Assembly: GCA_026397315.1 (NCBI GenBank)
Contig: JAPLVC010000002.1
Span: 27,184-91,183, forward strand
Reading direction: 5' to 3'
Length of the DNA stretch: 64,000 bases
Source of the DNA: Candidatus Aenigmatarchaeota archaeon
GTDB lineage: Archaea; Aenigmatarchaeota; Aenigmatarchaeia; QMZP01; QMZT01
In this document: piece after piece, positions 38,116 through 50,430 of the stretch
Numbering within the stretch: position 1 is the stretch's first letter
Layout: every line of letters begins with the position of its first letter
Translations under genes and position numbers: made by a program
The notes under the pieces: generated by a model
Database searches by the model: none
Seen by the model: only the letters and a program-made list of their open reading frames with translations
What the model was told of the DNA's origin: nothing

Positions 38116-38562
38116 ATGGCGCAAAAGATGATTCGCAGGGAATTCAGGGAAAGCGATTTGGCGCAGATAATCGAATTCAAGAAGCAGAGCGCCAAAACGA
38201 GCTTCAGGGGCCAGAAGCTGAAAGTGGACAGGTTCACTGCGAGGCTCACCGAAAGCGTGAAAAAGGACCCGGGCATGATACGCGTTCTAGAAAGCAACGG
38301 CACTATCGCTGGCTATATCTGGGTGGGCTTGAGCGAAGGCGACTTCGGCAAATACGGCTTCCTGCACCAGCTTTTCATCCACCAAGATTTTCGTGGTCGT
38401 GGCCTCGCGCAGACGCTGGTGAAAGACGCTGAGAAATATCTGGCGAAGCGCGGGGCGAAGAAAATGGAGATACTGGTCACCGGTACCAATTGCCCTGCCC
38501 ACAAGCTTTACAAGAAGCTGAAATACAAGGACACCAGAATCCAGATGGAGAAGATGCTGTAG
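38116..38562 (+). CDS. GNAT family acetyltransferase
   Basis: LFIHQDFRGRGLA, N.PAHKLYKKL. Confidence 0.9.
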   Translation: MAQKMIRREFRESDLAQIIEFKKQSAKTSFRGQKLKVDRFTARLTESVKKDPGMIRVLESNGTIAGYIWVGLSEGDFGKYGFLHQLFIHQDFRGRGLAQTLVKDAEKYLAKRGAKKMEILVTGTNCPAHKLYKKLKYKDTRIQMEKML

Positions 38563-38565
38563 TTT

Positions 38566-41031
38566 TCAGTCGCTCTTGAACTTCTCGAACTTCTCCTTGA
38601 GCTTGCGCTTCATCGACTTCTTCATGAACATGTTGAGCGAGCGCTGGCTTTCGTCGTCGCTGCCCAAAACGTCTTCTTCCGAGAAACCAAGTCCATATAG
38701 AATGCGCATGGCCGCCGGCAGTACCTGGTTGTTTATGTAATAGTCGGGGTCGTAGTTCTGCGCGTATTCGAACGGCTCGGCACGGCTTGATATCGAGCCG
38801 TCTCCGCGCGTGATTATGTAGCCGATTACAGAGCCCTCCTTGACGGCGTGACCCCGGGCCGCATATTTCCTTGCCGCGGCGACGTGCGGGCCTATCTGCT
38901 CATAAGCTTCCAGAGGACGCGACAACTGCGTGTATATGACCAGGTCCTTGGTGTCGATGTCGCCCTTGTTGATTTTGGCTACGACGTCGCGGACGATGGC
39001 AATGGCTTTATTCTCGTCCTTGTCCCTGAGAATCGCGAACAGGATTTTCTCCTGCGTGTCTTTCGAAATTTTACACCAGTCGCGGCGGACTTTCTCGAAA
39101 CCACGTATCGTTATGTTGCCATCCTTCCCCAGCAATGCGTAGCGCTTCTTCGCCGTCACGCCGCTCTTGGCAGGAACGAAGATGCCTGAAACATACATGG
39201 CGTCGAAATCGAGCTCCATGACTCCCGGTAACGTGTCGTTAACGTCTTTCAGGAACTTGGCCGCCCGCTTCTCGGTGCACTTCGAAATGAACAGCGAATC
39301 AGTATCGCCGTAAATGACGTTAAGACCCTGTTCCTTCGCGAAGTTTATGACCTTCTGTATGTAGTAGCGGCCGAAAGATGCGATGGACATGGCGCAAATC
39401 CTCGAATACCAGCGCGAACCTGCGTAGGCGTAATAGCCGTAGCTGGCGTTGGCTATTATCTTGAGGGCGTATTGCATGCTGTAAAGATCCTTGTATCTTT
39501 TCGATGACGTGTCGAGGAATTCCATCTCTTTTTTCAGCGTCACTCTCTTCTTTACTACGTCTTCGAGTATTTCCGGTATGAAGCCCTTCTTCTTCGTCGA
39601 GAAGTAATGGTCGCTGTCCGGCACTTTGTTATTCGCTCCGTCGTCTTTGTCGAGCGTCTCGGGCGAGATGTTGTGCGTGATGACGGTCGTGGGATACAGG
39701 CTCGCGAAGTCGAACAGCGCTATGTCCTCGTGTATGCCCGGTTCCGGCAGCAGGACGTAACCACCGACGTACGGCGAAGCTTCCCTCCGCTTGTCAATCT
39801 CGGACTGTTCCGGACGATTGAGCGCAGTCTCGTTTTTCTCAAACGCCTTCCGTATGAATAGCCATTCGACCAGTTGCGAATAAGTCATGCGGGAAACGTC
39901 GAATGGCGTCTGCCCCACCAGCTTCGAGAGCTCGAATATCTGGGGCATGAGCCTGTCCGCGAGATGCAGCGTCAATTCAGAATCCTTGAGGCAGTAATCA
40001 GCGACGACCTTAATGTCGCGCTTTTCTTCCCACATCTTCTCCATGTCCTTCCATTCGAGCGCTTCCTTGCCCTCGCCGAGCAGCTCCTTGGAAACCATGT
40101 CAAGCGTGAACGTCTCCGATTGCAGCGAGTCCGCCAGTATGTTCTCTATGAACGTGTATAAGTCGAGATGTAAACGCCCGTTTATCGAAGCGGAGAACAT
40201 GCGGCCGCGCTTCACGAATTCCATGGCCTTGCCGTCTCTTCCGAGCGCCAGCGATACCTTCAGCTTTTCCGCGCGCTCCTTTATCTTCACCCAGTCGAAA
40301 AGGTCGCCGTTGTACGTGACTATCACGTCCGGGTCCTTCTCGGCAATCACCGTTGCCAGGCGTTGCAGCATCGCCTTCTCATCTTCCAGGATTTCCACGT
40401 TCTCGCTAGCGCCTGACCAGCCGTGCGTCAGGACCTTTTTGTAAGAATGGTTGTAAAGCGATATCATGATTATTTCTTCTCCGTACGTCTCTATGTCTAT
40501 CGCGAGCGTCGCAAGCTTGTGCGCATTGCCCTCCGCTTTATGAACGCTTTCGAGCTCCAGTATGTCCAGCTCGCCTTCCTTCTTCTCATCGCCCGTCGCG
40601 ACAGCCCAGCCAGTTGGAATGAGGTCCTTATCAATCACATAGCGCCTGTAGAACGGGATGTCGTATTCGTAGGGCTTCTTTATCTCGTGCCAGTGTTCGG
40701 TCGCGTGCCTGATCTCGTTCACGTCGCCGGGCGCTTTGACGGTAACCTTGACGAACTTTTTCGGTTCGCCCAGCAGATTCCTTTCGACAGTCTCGGCTCT
40801 GATGAAGGCGCTGCCGTAATCCTTTATGGCGGCGAGCTTCTCCCTGAACAGGCTCAGGTTGAAATTCTCGATGTGCTTCTCGTCGAGCTCTAGATAAAAA
40901 TAAGGCCTGAACTTGCGGTCGAGCGCGAGGACGGTTTTGCCGCTCTTCGTCTTGCCCCACAGGCGCGTGACGGGCTCGCCGTTCTCGATTACGTAATCAG
41001 CGTCAAAAAGGCAGAATTCCACCCTACCCAT
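38566..41031 (-). CDS. polB: Family B DNA polymerase with proofreading domain
   Basis: DIET, YNGDLFD, DFASLYP, KIIANASYGY, YGDTDS, KKRYA; no intein. Confidence 0.97.
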   Translation of the reverse strand: MGRVEFCLFDADYVIENGEPVTRLWGKTKSGKTVLALDRKFRPYFYLELDEKHIENFNLSLFREKLAAIKDYGSAFIRAETVERNLLGEPKKFVKVTVKAPGDVNEIRHATEHWHEIKKPYEYDIPFYRRYVIDKDLIPTGWAVATGDEKKEGELDILELESVHKAEGNAHKLATLAIDIETYGEEIIMISLYNHSYKKVLTHGWSGASENVEILEDEKAMLQRLATVIAEKDPDVIVTYNGDLFDWVKIKERAEKLKVSLALGRDGKAMEFVKRGRMFSASINGRLHLDLYTFIENILADSLQSETFTLDMVSKELLGEGKEALEWKDMEKMWEEKRDIKVVADYCLKDSELTLHLADRLMPQIFELSKLVGQTPFDVSRMTYSQLVEWLFIRKAFEKNETALNRPEQSEIDKRREASPYVGGYVLLPEPGIHEDIALFDFASLYPTTVITHNISPETLDKDDGANNKVPDSDHYFSTKKKGFIPEILEDVVKKRVTLKKEMEFLDTSSKRYKDLYSMQYALKIIANASYGYYAYAGSRWYSRICAMSIASFGRYYIQKVINFAKEQGLNVIYGDTDSLFISKCTEKRAAKFLKDVNDTLPGVMELDFDAMYVSGIFVPAKSGVTAKKRYALLGKDGNITIRGFEKVRRDWCKISKDTQEKILFAILRDKDENKAIAIVRDVVAKINKGDIDTKDLVIYTQLSRPLEAYEQIGPHVAAARKYAARGHAVKEGSVIGYIITRGDGSISSRAEPFEYAQNYDPDYYINNQVLPAAMRILYGLGFSEEDVLGSDDESQRSLNMFMKKSMKRKLKEKFEKFKSD

Positions 41032-41067
41032 AATTTAATGGTTGGTTTTCGGCTTAAAAAGAAGAAT

Positions 41068-43572
41068 TCACTGTCCGTTTTCCGCGTCTCTTATTCTGGC
41101 ATAGGAAACCAGAGTGTCGCCGTCGTTGAGGCGCATGACCCTCACGCCCTGAGTAGCTCGACCAATCTCATGGACGTCCTTCGCGAATATGCGGATTACC
41201 TGGCCTTCCTTGGAGACGAACAGTATCTGGTCGTTGTCGTGCAGCGGCACGATGCCTATGACGTTGCCGTTCTTTGCGGTGACCTTGAGGTTCTTGACAC
41301 CCTTGCCTCCGCGCCTCTGCTGCCTGTAAAGCTCGAATTTCGTGCGTTTTCCATACCCCTTTTCAGTGACCGTGAAAAGCGAGCCGTGCTCGAATTTGGC
41401 GTCTCCCACGACTTCGTCCTTGCCGCGCAGGCGGATGCCGCGCACACCGTGCGAAGCGCGGCCGGTCGGCCTGACGTCCTTCTCACCGAAGCGTATGGCA
41501 TAGCCGTGCTTTGTCGCTATGAGAATGTCCTCTTTACCGTTCGTCAGCCTCGCTTGTATGAGATCGTCGCCGTCGTTCAGCTTGAGCGCTATTATGCCGC
41601 AGCTTCTCGGATTCGAATATTCGACCAGCGCTGTTTTCTTGACCAAACCTTTCTTCGTCATGAAAAATATGAATTTGCCTTCCTCGAACTTGTCCACGGG
41701 TATCATGTCTCTCAGGCGCTCGCCTTCCTCGAGGTTCAGCAGGTTGACGATGGGCTTGCCGCGCGCGTAGCGTCCGGCTTCCGGGATGCGATAAGCCTTC
41801 ATCCAGTGGACCTTGCCCTTGTTGGTGAAGCAGAGCAGGTAATCATGGCTGTTCATGACGTAGATTTCCTTGACGATGTCGCCTTCCTTGTTTTTCGCGC
41901 CGATTACACCCTTGCCTCCGCGCCTCTGTTGCTTGTATTCCTCGAGCGGTATGCGCTTCGCGTAGTCGTCGCCAGAGAACGTTATGACCACGTCCTCCTT
42001 CTTTATGAGGCGGTCGTCCTCCAGGTCCTCGACGGAATCGCCGTTGCACGATATCTGCGTTTTTCTCGCGTCGCCGTATTTTTTCTTCAGTTCATGCATC
42101 TCGCTCTTGATTATGCCGTAAATCTTTTCCTCGTGCTCGAGTATTTCCTTGAGCTCCGCGATGAGCTTGATCAGCGACGCGTGCTCGTCTTTCACTTTCT
42201 GTCGCTCCATCGAAGCCAGGCGCTGCAAACGCATTTCCAGTATGGCCTGCGCCTGTTTCGGGCTGAGTTTGAAGCGCTCTATTAGATGCTTCTTCGCAGT
42301 CTCGACAGTGTCCGCCGCCCTGATGGTTTTTATCACGTTGTCGATGTCGTTGAGCGCGACCAGAAGGCCTTCGAGAATATGCGCCTTGTCGCTCGCCTCG
42401 TTGAGGTCGAACTTCGTGCGCTTCGTGATGACGTCTTTTCTGTGCTTTATGAATTCATCGATCATGTCCTTCAGGCTGAGAACGCGTGGCTGGCCGTCGA
42501 CCAGCGAAAGCATGTTTATGCCGAAAGTCGTTTGTAATTGCGTGTGCTTGTAGAGATGATTGAGAACGATGTCAGCCTGCTCGTTCTGCGACACGTCGAC
42601 AATGATGCGCATGCCATCTTTGTCAGACTCGTCGCGCAGGTTGGTAACGCCCTTTATCACCTTGTCCCTCGCAAGGCGGGCCATGTCCTCTATGAGCTTC
42701 GACTTGTTCACTTGGTATGGAATCTCGGTGATTATGATCCTTTCCTTGTCCGCCCCCCTTTTCTCGATTTGAGCCGTCCCTCGCAACGTTATGCCGCCCC
42801 TGCCGGTGGTATAGGCCTGTATAAGGCCGGCTGTCCCCAGTATCGAGCCGCCCGTCGGGAAATCCGGGCCATGTATTATTTTCATGAGCTCGGGAAGCGT
42901 TATCTGCGGGTTGTCGACGGTTGCAATTACGCCGTCTGCGACCTCGTTGATGTTGTGCGGCGGTATGTTCGTCGCCATGCCCACCGCTATGCCGGACGAG
43001 CCGTTGACAAGGAGATTAGGGAACTTGCTCGGCAACACTGCCGGCTCCTTTAGCGAGCCGTCAAAATTCGGGACGAACTTTATGGTTTCTTTTTCTATGT
43101 CCGCAAGGACTTCCTGTGCGGTCCTTGCCATCCGTGCCTCGGTGTAGCGCATTGCCGCCGCGCCGTCACCATCGACCGAACCGAAATTCCCTTGTCCATC
43201 GATGAGCGGGTAGCGTAACGAGAACGTCTGCACCATGCGGACCAGTGCATCGTAGACTGACTGATCGCCGTGAGGGTGGTATTTACCCAGGACTTCTCCT
43301 ACGATTCTTGCAGACTTTTTATAGGGCTTGGAATGGAGCATGCCCATCTCGTGCATGGCGTAAAGAATTCTCCTGTGCACGGGTTTCAAACCGTCGCGCA
43401 CGTCGGGAAGCGCTCTGCCGACGATGACTGACATGGAATAATCTAGATAGCTCTCCTTCATCTCTTCCTCGATTATTCTCGGCTTTATGTTTTCCGGCTT
43501 TTTCTCTGCAGTTTTCTCTTCCGGTTTCTTTGCCTTAGCTGCTTCCTCTTCGACTCTCTTTCCCGCTGCCAT
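41068..43572 (-). CDS. gyrA: DNA gyrase subunit A
   Basis: [29 protein letters not shown], beta-pinwheel CTD with QRRGGKG GyrA-box; GGTGA RBS. Confidence 0.97.
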   Translation of the reverse strand: MAAGKRVEEEAAKAKKPEEKTAEKKPENIKPRIIEEEMKESYLDYSMSVIVGRALPDVRDGLKPVHRRILYAMHEMGMLHSKPYKKSARIVGEVLGKYHPHGDQSVYDALVRMVQTFSLRYPLIDGQGNFGSVDGDGAAAMRYTEARMARTAQEVLADIEKETIKFVPNFDGSLKEPAVLPSKFPNLLVNGSSGIAVGMATNIPPHNINEVADGVIATVDNPQITLPELMKIIHGPDFPTGGSILGTAGLIQAYTTGRGGITLRGTAQIEKRGADKERIIITEIPYQVNKSKLIEDMARLARDKVIKGVTNLRDESDKDGMRIIVDVSQNEQADIVLNHLYKHTQLQTTFGINMLSLVDGQPRVLSLKDMIDEFIKHRKDVITKRTKFDLNEASDKAHILEGLLVALNDIDNVIKTIRAADTVETAKKHLIERFKLSPKQAQAILEMRLQRLASMERQKVKDEHASLIKLIAELKEILEHEEKIYGIIKSEMHELKKKYGDARKTQISCNGDSVEDLEDDRLIKKEDVVITFSGDDYAKRIPLEEYKQQRRGGKGVIGAKNKEGDIVKEIYVMNSHDYLLCFTNKGKVHWMKAYRIPEAGRYARGKPIVNLLNLEEGERLRDMIPVDKFEEGKFIFFMTKKGLVKKTALVEYSNPRSCGIIALKLNDGDDLIQARLTNGKEDILIATKHGYAIRFGEKDVRPTGRASHGVRGIRLRGKDEVVGDAKFEHGSLFTVTEKGYGKRTKFELYRQQRRGGKGVKNLKVTAKNGNVIGIVPLHDNDQILFVSKEGQVIRIFAKDVHEIGRATQGVRVMRLNDGDTLVSYARIRDAENGQ

Positions 43573-43601
43573 GTTTATTTTCACCTGTCGATTATGATGA
43601 T

Positions 43602-45572
<1,971 letters not shown>

Positions 45573-45659
45573 TTAAAAGTCACTTGGTTAATTAATATTA
45601 TATATTAATTAATATATAAAGATATATTAAAAGTCCACCTTTGCCGGTTTTCTTGTGCC

Positions 45660-46073
45660 CTAAGAGTTCAGCTTTGCGAACAGGATGCCAGCGCATATGA
45701 CCTGCACGAAGATGCTCAGGCTCCAGCTCACGGTCATGAGCAGCGATATCGGGAAGCTGCTGTAGGACATTATCATCCCGGGTATCGTTATGACCCAGTA
45801 ACCAAGGCCGAAATAAACGCCCTTTTTAATGGCATCCGTCTCCTTTATCAGTCCTTTCGCCATGTTCCAGAACCATGCCATTATGACGCCCAGCACGAAA
45901 GGCTCGACGAAATAGAGCGACATAAGCGGGTCGGACCACGGACGGAAAAGCGCAGGATTGTTGTATTCCGCGGCCAGAGACGGGAACAGCGCATCGAGCG
46001 CGAATCCGAAGCCCATGCCCACCACGAGCATCGCCGCTCCGGCAATCAGACCAGGTATGATTATTTTTTTCAG
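45660..46073 (-). CDS. Four-TM membrane protein, probable CTG start
   Basis: GGTGA RBS followed by CTG-AAA-AAA-ATA; in-frame TAA just upstream; first ATG at 46031 lies mid-helix. Confidence 0.7.
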   Translation of the reverse strand: MKKIIIPGLIAGAAMLVVGMGFGFALDALFPSLAAEYNNPALFRPWSDPLMSLYFVEPFVLGVIMAWFWNMAKGLIKETDAIKKGVYFGLGYWVITIPGMIMSYSSFPISLLMTVSWSLSIFVQVICAGILFAKLNS

Positions 46074-46172
46074 AAGATCACCATTTTATAATTTGTCAAA
46101 CCCGCCTATAAGCATTCCGGCCGCTGTGACGGACGCAGAAATTTTTTATACTACACTCTTCATTATTATGCT

Positions 46173-47246
46173 ATGAGACCAACTGGTCACCACATAATCG
46201 CCGAGTTCATATATTGTTCTAAAGACGTTCTCAACAGCAAGGAAAAAATCGAAAAGATTCTGAGCGACGGCATAGCAAGCGCAGGCCTCTCCGTCGTCAG
46301 CATACATACTCACAAGTTCAGCCCGGCAGGCATCACATGCCTCGCCATAATAAGCGAGTCGCACATCGCGATACACACTTACCCGGAGGCGAGGCACGCG
46401 TCCGTCGACATTTTCACCTGCTCGCCAGGCCCGGAAAAACCGTTCGCGCTTCTCAATTATCTCAAGAAGCAGCTCAGGCCCAAGACGCTGCGCGTCGGCC
46501 ACGTCTGCCGCGGCAACCCGCTGGAGATAAAGTACGCGGACTGGATGGAGGGTTTTTCGACGGTCGGCTTCGAGGTGCGCTATCACGTCAAGAAAATCGT
46601 CCACAGCAGCCGCTCGAAGTTCCAGCAGATAGACATCATAGAAAACGACAACTTCGGTCGCATGCTGCTCCTCGACAAGGACGTGCAGATAGCGGAGAAG
46701 GACGCGAATGCCTACACCAAGAACCTCGTCATGCCGCTCGTCGCGTCCGGCAACAGCCTCGAGAAAGTCATGATACTGGGCGGAGGCGACGGCGCTGCAG
46801 CCGCGGAGCTCATGCAGAACGGCGCGAAAAGGATTGCAGTCGTCGATATAGACAAGGAAGTCATAGCCGTCTCGATGAAGTATCTGAGGAAGATTAACAG
46901 GAATGTTTTCAAGAACCCGAAAGTCAAAGTCACCATAGGCGACGCCTACAGGGTCGTGGCCAGCAGCAGGAAATACGACGCAATCATCTACGACCTCACC
47001 ATACACCCGGAGGCCTTCATAAAAATAGACAGGGAAGCGTATCTCTCGAAACTTTTCATGAGGATGAAGAAAAGCCTCAACAGCGGCGGCATGGTGACGG
47101 TCCAGTGCGGTCCGGAATTCGATTATGAGACTTGCAGAATGATGAAGAGGATACTGAAGAAGCATTTCATCGACGTCAATTTCTCGTCGTCCTTCATACC
47201 ATCCTACTGCGCCAACTGGGTTTTCGCCTCGGCGAAGAAGAAGTGA
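46173..47246 (+). CDS. Fused S-adenosylmethionine decarboxylase - aminopropyltransferase
   Basis: ISESHIAIHTYPE and DIFTC (AdoMetDC); SKFQ, LGGGDG, VDID, IYDLT (transferase). Confidence 0.92.
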   Translation: MRPTGHHIIAEFIYCSKDVLNSKEKIEKILSDGIASAGLSVVSIHTHKFSPAGITCLAIISESHIAIHTYPEARHASVDIFTCSPGPEKPFALLNYLKKQLRPKTLRVGHVCRGNPLEIKYADWMEGFSTVGFEVRYHVKKIVHSSRSKFQQIDIIENDNFGRMLLLDKDVQIAEKDANAYTKNLVMPLVASGNSLEKVMILGGGDGAAAAELMQNGAKRIAVVDIDKEVIAVSMKYLRKINRNVFKNPKVKVTIGDAYRVVASSRKYDAIIYDLTIHPEAFIKIDREAYLSKLFMRMKKSLNSGGMVTVQCGPEFDYETCRMMKRILKKHFIDVNFSSSFIPSYCANWVFASAKKK

Positions 47247-47278
47247 GCCGTGTTTTTCAGGGTTTCTGCTTTGGCGAT

Positions 47279-48217
47279 TTACACGATTCTTGTCGTCAGC
47301 ATCGTTATTATGAAGATTACGTAGAGCAGGATGAACACTATGCCCTGCTTGTGGCCTATGCCTTCGTGCTTTACCATGCTGTAGAAAAGGAACGTGTTGG
47401 CGATGATTATGAAGGCGAGGGGGATGGTGTAGCTCATCAGCGCCATGCCGCCTATGGGCGACATGACCAGGACGGTTCCCAGTATGAGCGTCAGGTTGAC
47501 GACGGTGCTGCCCAGTATGTCGCCTATCGCCAGCGCGCACTGACCCTTTCTTATGGCGGTGAAATCGAGCGCGAGCTCAGGCAGTGTCGTGCCGAAGGAT
47601 ATGAGCGTCAGGCCTATGACCGCTTCGGATACGCCGAAGAAGGCCGCTATTTCCGCTGCTGAGCCGACAACATATTGGGAGCTTGCCACGACGATGATCA
47701 TGCCAAACAGGAAAAGCATTATCGACCTTCTCCATTCCCTTTTCGTGACGCCTTCCCTTATGTTAAGGCTGAACTTGTCCTTGAAGATGAAGAAGCAGTA
47801 AAGGCAAAACACAATTAACAGTATCATGCCTTCTATCGGGCCAACTACGCCTTTCGAGAGTATGACTGCCGGCACTATGCTTATTAGGAGCAGCAGTTCC
47901 GCGCTTTCAATCGTGTGCAATCGCTCGACACGCACCTTTCTCATCAGCGTCACGACCCCGAGCACCAGGCATATGTTCGCTATGCTAGAACCCAGCACGT
48001 CGCCGATCGCCATCGGCGCCTTCTGTATCGCGGTTGCCGTGACGGAAACAATGAAATCGGGCATCGAGACCGAGAAGGCAATCAGAATAAAGCCTATCGC
48101 CAGCTGCGAGATGCCGGTATACTCGGATATCGCTATCGCCGCGTCTATGACCCACTTGGAGGCGAATATCAGCGCCGCGAGAGCGATGATGAAAATTATG
48201 ACCGCAATTATTATCAT
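47279..48217 (-). CDS. Na+/Ca2+ (CaCA, YrbG-like) antiporter
   Basis: Alpha repeats SVSMPD/GTTLPE and GDVLGSSIAN/GDILGSTVVN. Confidence 0.9.
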   Translation of the reverse strand: MIIIAVIIFIIALAALIFASKWVIDAAIAISEYTGISQLAIGFILIAFSVSMPDFIVSVTATAIQKAPMAIGDVLGSSIANICLVLGVVTLMRKVRVERLHTIESAELLLLISIVPAVILSKGVVGPIEGMILLIVFCLYCFFIFKDKFSLNIREGVTKREWRRSIMLFLFGMIIVVASSQYVVGSAAEIAAFFGVSEAVIGLTLISFGTTLPELALDFTAIRKGQCALAIGDILGSTVVNLTLILGTVLVMSPIGGMALMSYTIPLAFIIIANTFLFYSMVKHEGIGHKQGIVFILLYVIFIITMLTTRIV

Positions 48218-48275
48218 AATTTATTATTTGAGGCCGCCCGGATAAATGCTTAACCGCGAAAAATCAAAAGCAGAA

Positions 48276-48905
48276 TCACTCAATCTCGAAATACTCGAGC
48301 CACTCGTCCTTCGCCAAACGCTCGGGAATTTCCCTGACCTGGTCCTTCGTCCCCTCTACAAGATAGCTCACGCTTATCTTGCCGTTCTTCTTGTCGACCT
48401 TGACGAAGACTTTCTTGAAGTTCGAGCCCAGCTCCTTCTCTATTTCCTTCTCGTCTATTATCCTGTTGGTCGTTATCGTTAGCTTGCGCTGGTAGGAGCC
48501 GACGCCGTGCGTCTTCAGCTTGCCGTCGACGGCTATTACGGCCCATATCATTATGTAGATTAGGATGCCCGTCAGGTATTCGCCCACGCCGATGATCAGG
48601 CCGAATATCGCGAAAAGCCAGACTGACGCCGCACTCGTGAAGCCGTAAATCTTGTCCGTCGTCTTTATCAGCGCGCCCGCGCCGAGGAAGCCGATGCCGC
48701 TCACTACTGCTCCGAGCAGCGAAAGTGGATTCTCGGGGTAAAGGTTCAGCGCGGTTATCGCGAGACCGCAGGAGCCTATCGCTACGAACGTGAAGGTGCC
48801 GAAGCCGACCGGCTTGTGGGCGCGCTGCCTGTGGAAGCCGAAAGCCATGGACAGGATGAATGTTATGATGAGCCTGGGGAGTATGACCAAAAATATCTCT
48901 TCCAT
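48276..48905 (-). CDS. MgtC/SapB family protein
   Basis: KPVGFGTF, VVSGIGFLGAG, GFTSAASVW. Confidence 0.9.
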   Translation of the reverse strand: MEEIFLVILPRLIITFILSMAFGFHRQRAHKPVGFGTFTFVAIGSCGLAITALNLYPENPLSLLGAVVSGIGFLGAGALIKTTDKIYGFTSAASVWLFAIFGLIIGVGEYLTGILIYIMIWAVIAVDGKLKTHGVGSYQRKLTITTNRIIDEKEIEKELGSNFKKVFVKVDKKNGKISVSYLVEGTKDQVREIPERLAKDEWLEYFEIE

Positions 48906-49139
48906 GCTATTCTTTTGGTGCGGGCCAGTAATTAAAGTTCTTTTCTGCGAAGGCCTGTGAGGCAGTTTCTAGTCGCAAATGGCCGCCGGAAGGGATGCAT
49001 TTAAATACTTTATAAAGATATTATGACAATATGTTTATAGAAATTATAAATTCTGAAAAAGCCCAGAAGATATGTTCAAAAAAGGAGTAATTAGTTCTAA
49101 AGAAAAAGGAATTTTTTATTAGGAGGTGGGCAAAAGCAT

Positions 49140-49499
49140 ATGAGCAATAAACCATTTGGGTGGGATTTGTGCGTAGACCTATACGGTTGCAAATACGAAA
49201 AGATAAGGAACAGGAAGTTTGTTTTGGAATTTATACGTGTATTGTGTGATGATGTTCTAAAGGTAAGACGCGAGGGCAAGCCTGTGCTGAAGCGCTATGG
49301 CAAGGAGCACCTCACGGGTTACTCGTTCATACAGTTAATTGAAGTCAGTTCTATAACCGGACATTTGTCGGAGGAGAGGCTTTCAGCCCACATAGACATT
49401 TTCAGCTGCGCGCCGTTCAACGACAAGAACGTCGAAAACTTCACCAGGGAGTTCTTCGAGGCGAAGAAATCGGTCGCTAGAAAAATCATAAGGAAATAG
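49140..49499 (+). CDS. speD: Stand-alone SpeD-family pyruvoyl decarboxylase proenzyme
   Basis: GYSFIQLIEVSSITGH, IDIFSC; AGGAGGTG RBS; heads the polyamine operon. Confidence 0.8.
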   Translation: MSNKPFGWDLCVDLYGCKYEKIRNRKFVLEFIRVLCDDVLKVRREGKPVLKRYGKEHLTGYSFIQLIEVSSITGHLSEERLSAHIDIFSCAPFNDKNVENFTREFFEAKKSVARKIIRK

Positions 49500-49504
49500 A
49501 GGCG

Positions 49505-50347
49505 ATGCCCGAGACGAACGACGGCTGGTTCAGGGAGATTGATTCAAAAGACACCATTAGCGTGAGCCTCAAGGTCTCCAAGAAGCTTTTCGAGGGAAAA
49601 AGCAAGTTCCAGGACATAAAGATAATACGCAACCCGGAGTTCGGCAACGTGCTCATCCTCGATGACGGTTTCCAGACCACGGAGTTCGACGAATTCCTTT
49701 ATCACGAGATGCTGGTCCACGTCCCCATGGCGACCCACCCCAACCCCCAAGAAGTGCTGATAGTCGGAGCAGGAGACGGCGGCGCTCTCAGGGAAACGCT
49801 GAAGCATCCGGTTAAGAAAGTGGTCATGGTCGAGCTCGATGGCAAGGTCATAGACGTCTCTAAAAAATTCCTCCCTTCCCTCAGCAACGGCGCTTTCGAG
49901 GATAAGCGCGCGGAGGTCATAGTCGGCGACGGCGCGGACTACATGGCAAAATGCAAGAACAGGTTCGACGTCATAATCCTCGACCTGACCGACCCGATAA
50001 TGGACGAAGCCAAGAACCTTTACACCCCGGTTTTCTTCAAGAACCTTTTTGGCGCGCTTAAAGCCGATGGCGTGTTCTCAATGCAGGGAGGCTGCAAGTT
50101 TTTCAGGTCCGACCTGATAAAGAACTATTCTTTCGTTCCCGTGTCGCAGTTCTTCCCCATAACCAAGGTTTACCTGTGCGACATACCAGCGTATGGCACG
50201 ACGTGGCCGCTGATTATCGGCTCCAAGAAGCACGACCCGGAGAAGCCGAGAACGCTGAAAATATCCGGCCTGAAGTGCTACAACACCGACTACCACAAAG
50301 CGGCGTTCAAGCTGCCCAATTTCCTGGCGCAGGCTCTTTACGGTTGA
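49505..50347 (+). CDS. speE: Spermidine synthase (polyamine aminopropyltransferase)
   Basis: SKFQ, LDD.FQTTE.DEF.YHEMLVH, GAGDGG, VELD, DLTDP. Confidence 0.93.
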   Translation: MPETNDGWFREIDSKDTISVSLKVSKKLFEGKSKFQDIKIIRNPEFGNVLILDDGFQTTEFDEFLYHEMLVHVPMATHPNPQEVLIVGAGDGGALRETLKHPVKKVVMVELDGKVIDVSKKFLPSLSNGAFEDKRAEVIVGDGADYMAKCKNRFDVIILDLTDPIMDEAKNLYTPVFFKNLFGALKADGVFSMQGGCKFFRSDLIKNYSFVPVSQFFPITKVYLCDIPAYGTTWPLIIGSKKHDPEKPRTLKISGLKCYNTDYHKAAFKLPNFLAQALYG

Positions 50348-50430
50348 TTTTTTGGGCTGCACTTTCCTTTTCTCCGATTTCGCATCCGGGGTTTATATTT
50401 AAATACAGAGCGCACTTATTTTATTTCATC

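Noticed and set aside
41038-42285. Long antisense ORFs (for example 41038-42285, 46146-47540, 34426-35559, 15884-16978)
   Set aside because: They are shadows of well-supported genes on the opposite strand, expected from GC-rich third codon positions.
50176-50430. N-terminal extension of the arginine decarboxylase ORF, and similar upstream starts in the ORF track for traB, mcm, the ATP-cone gene and ileS
   Set aside because: The extensions overlap neighbouring genes or promoters, and family-typical N-termini begin at downstream ATGs.
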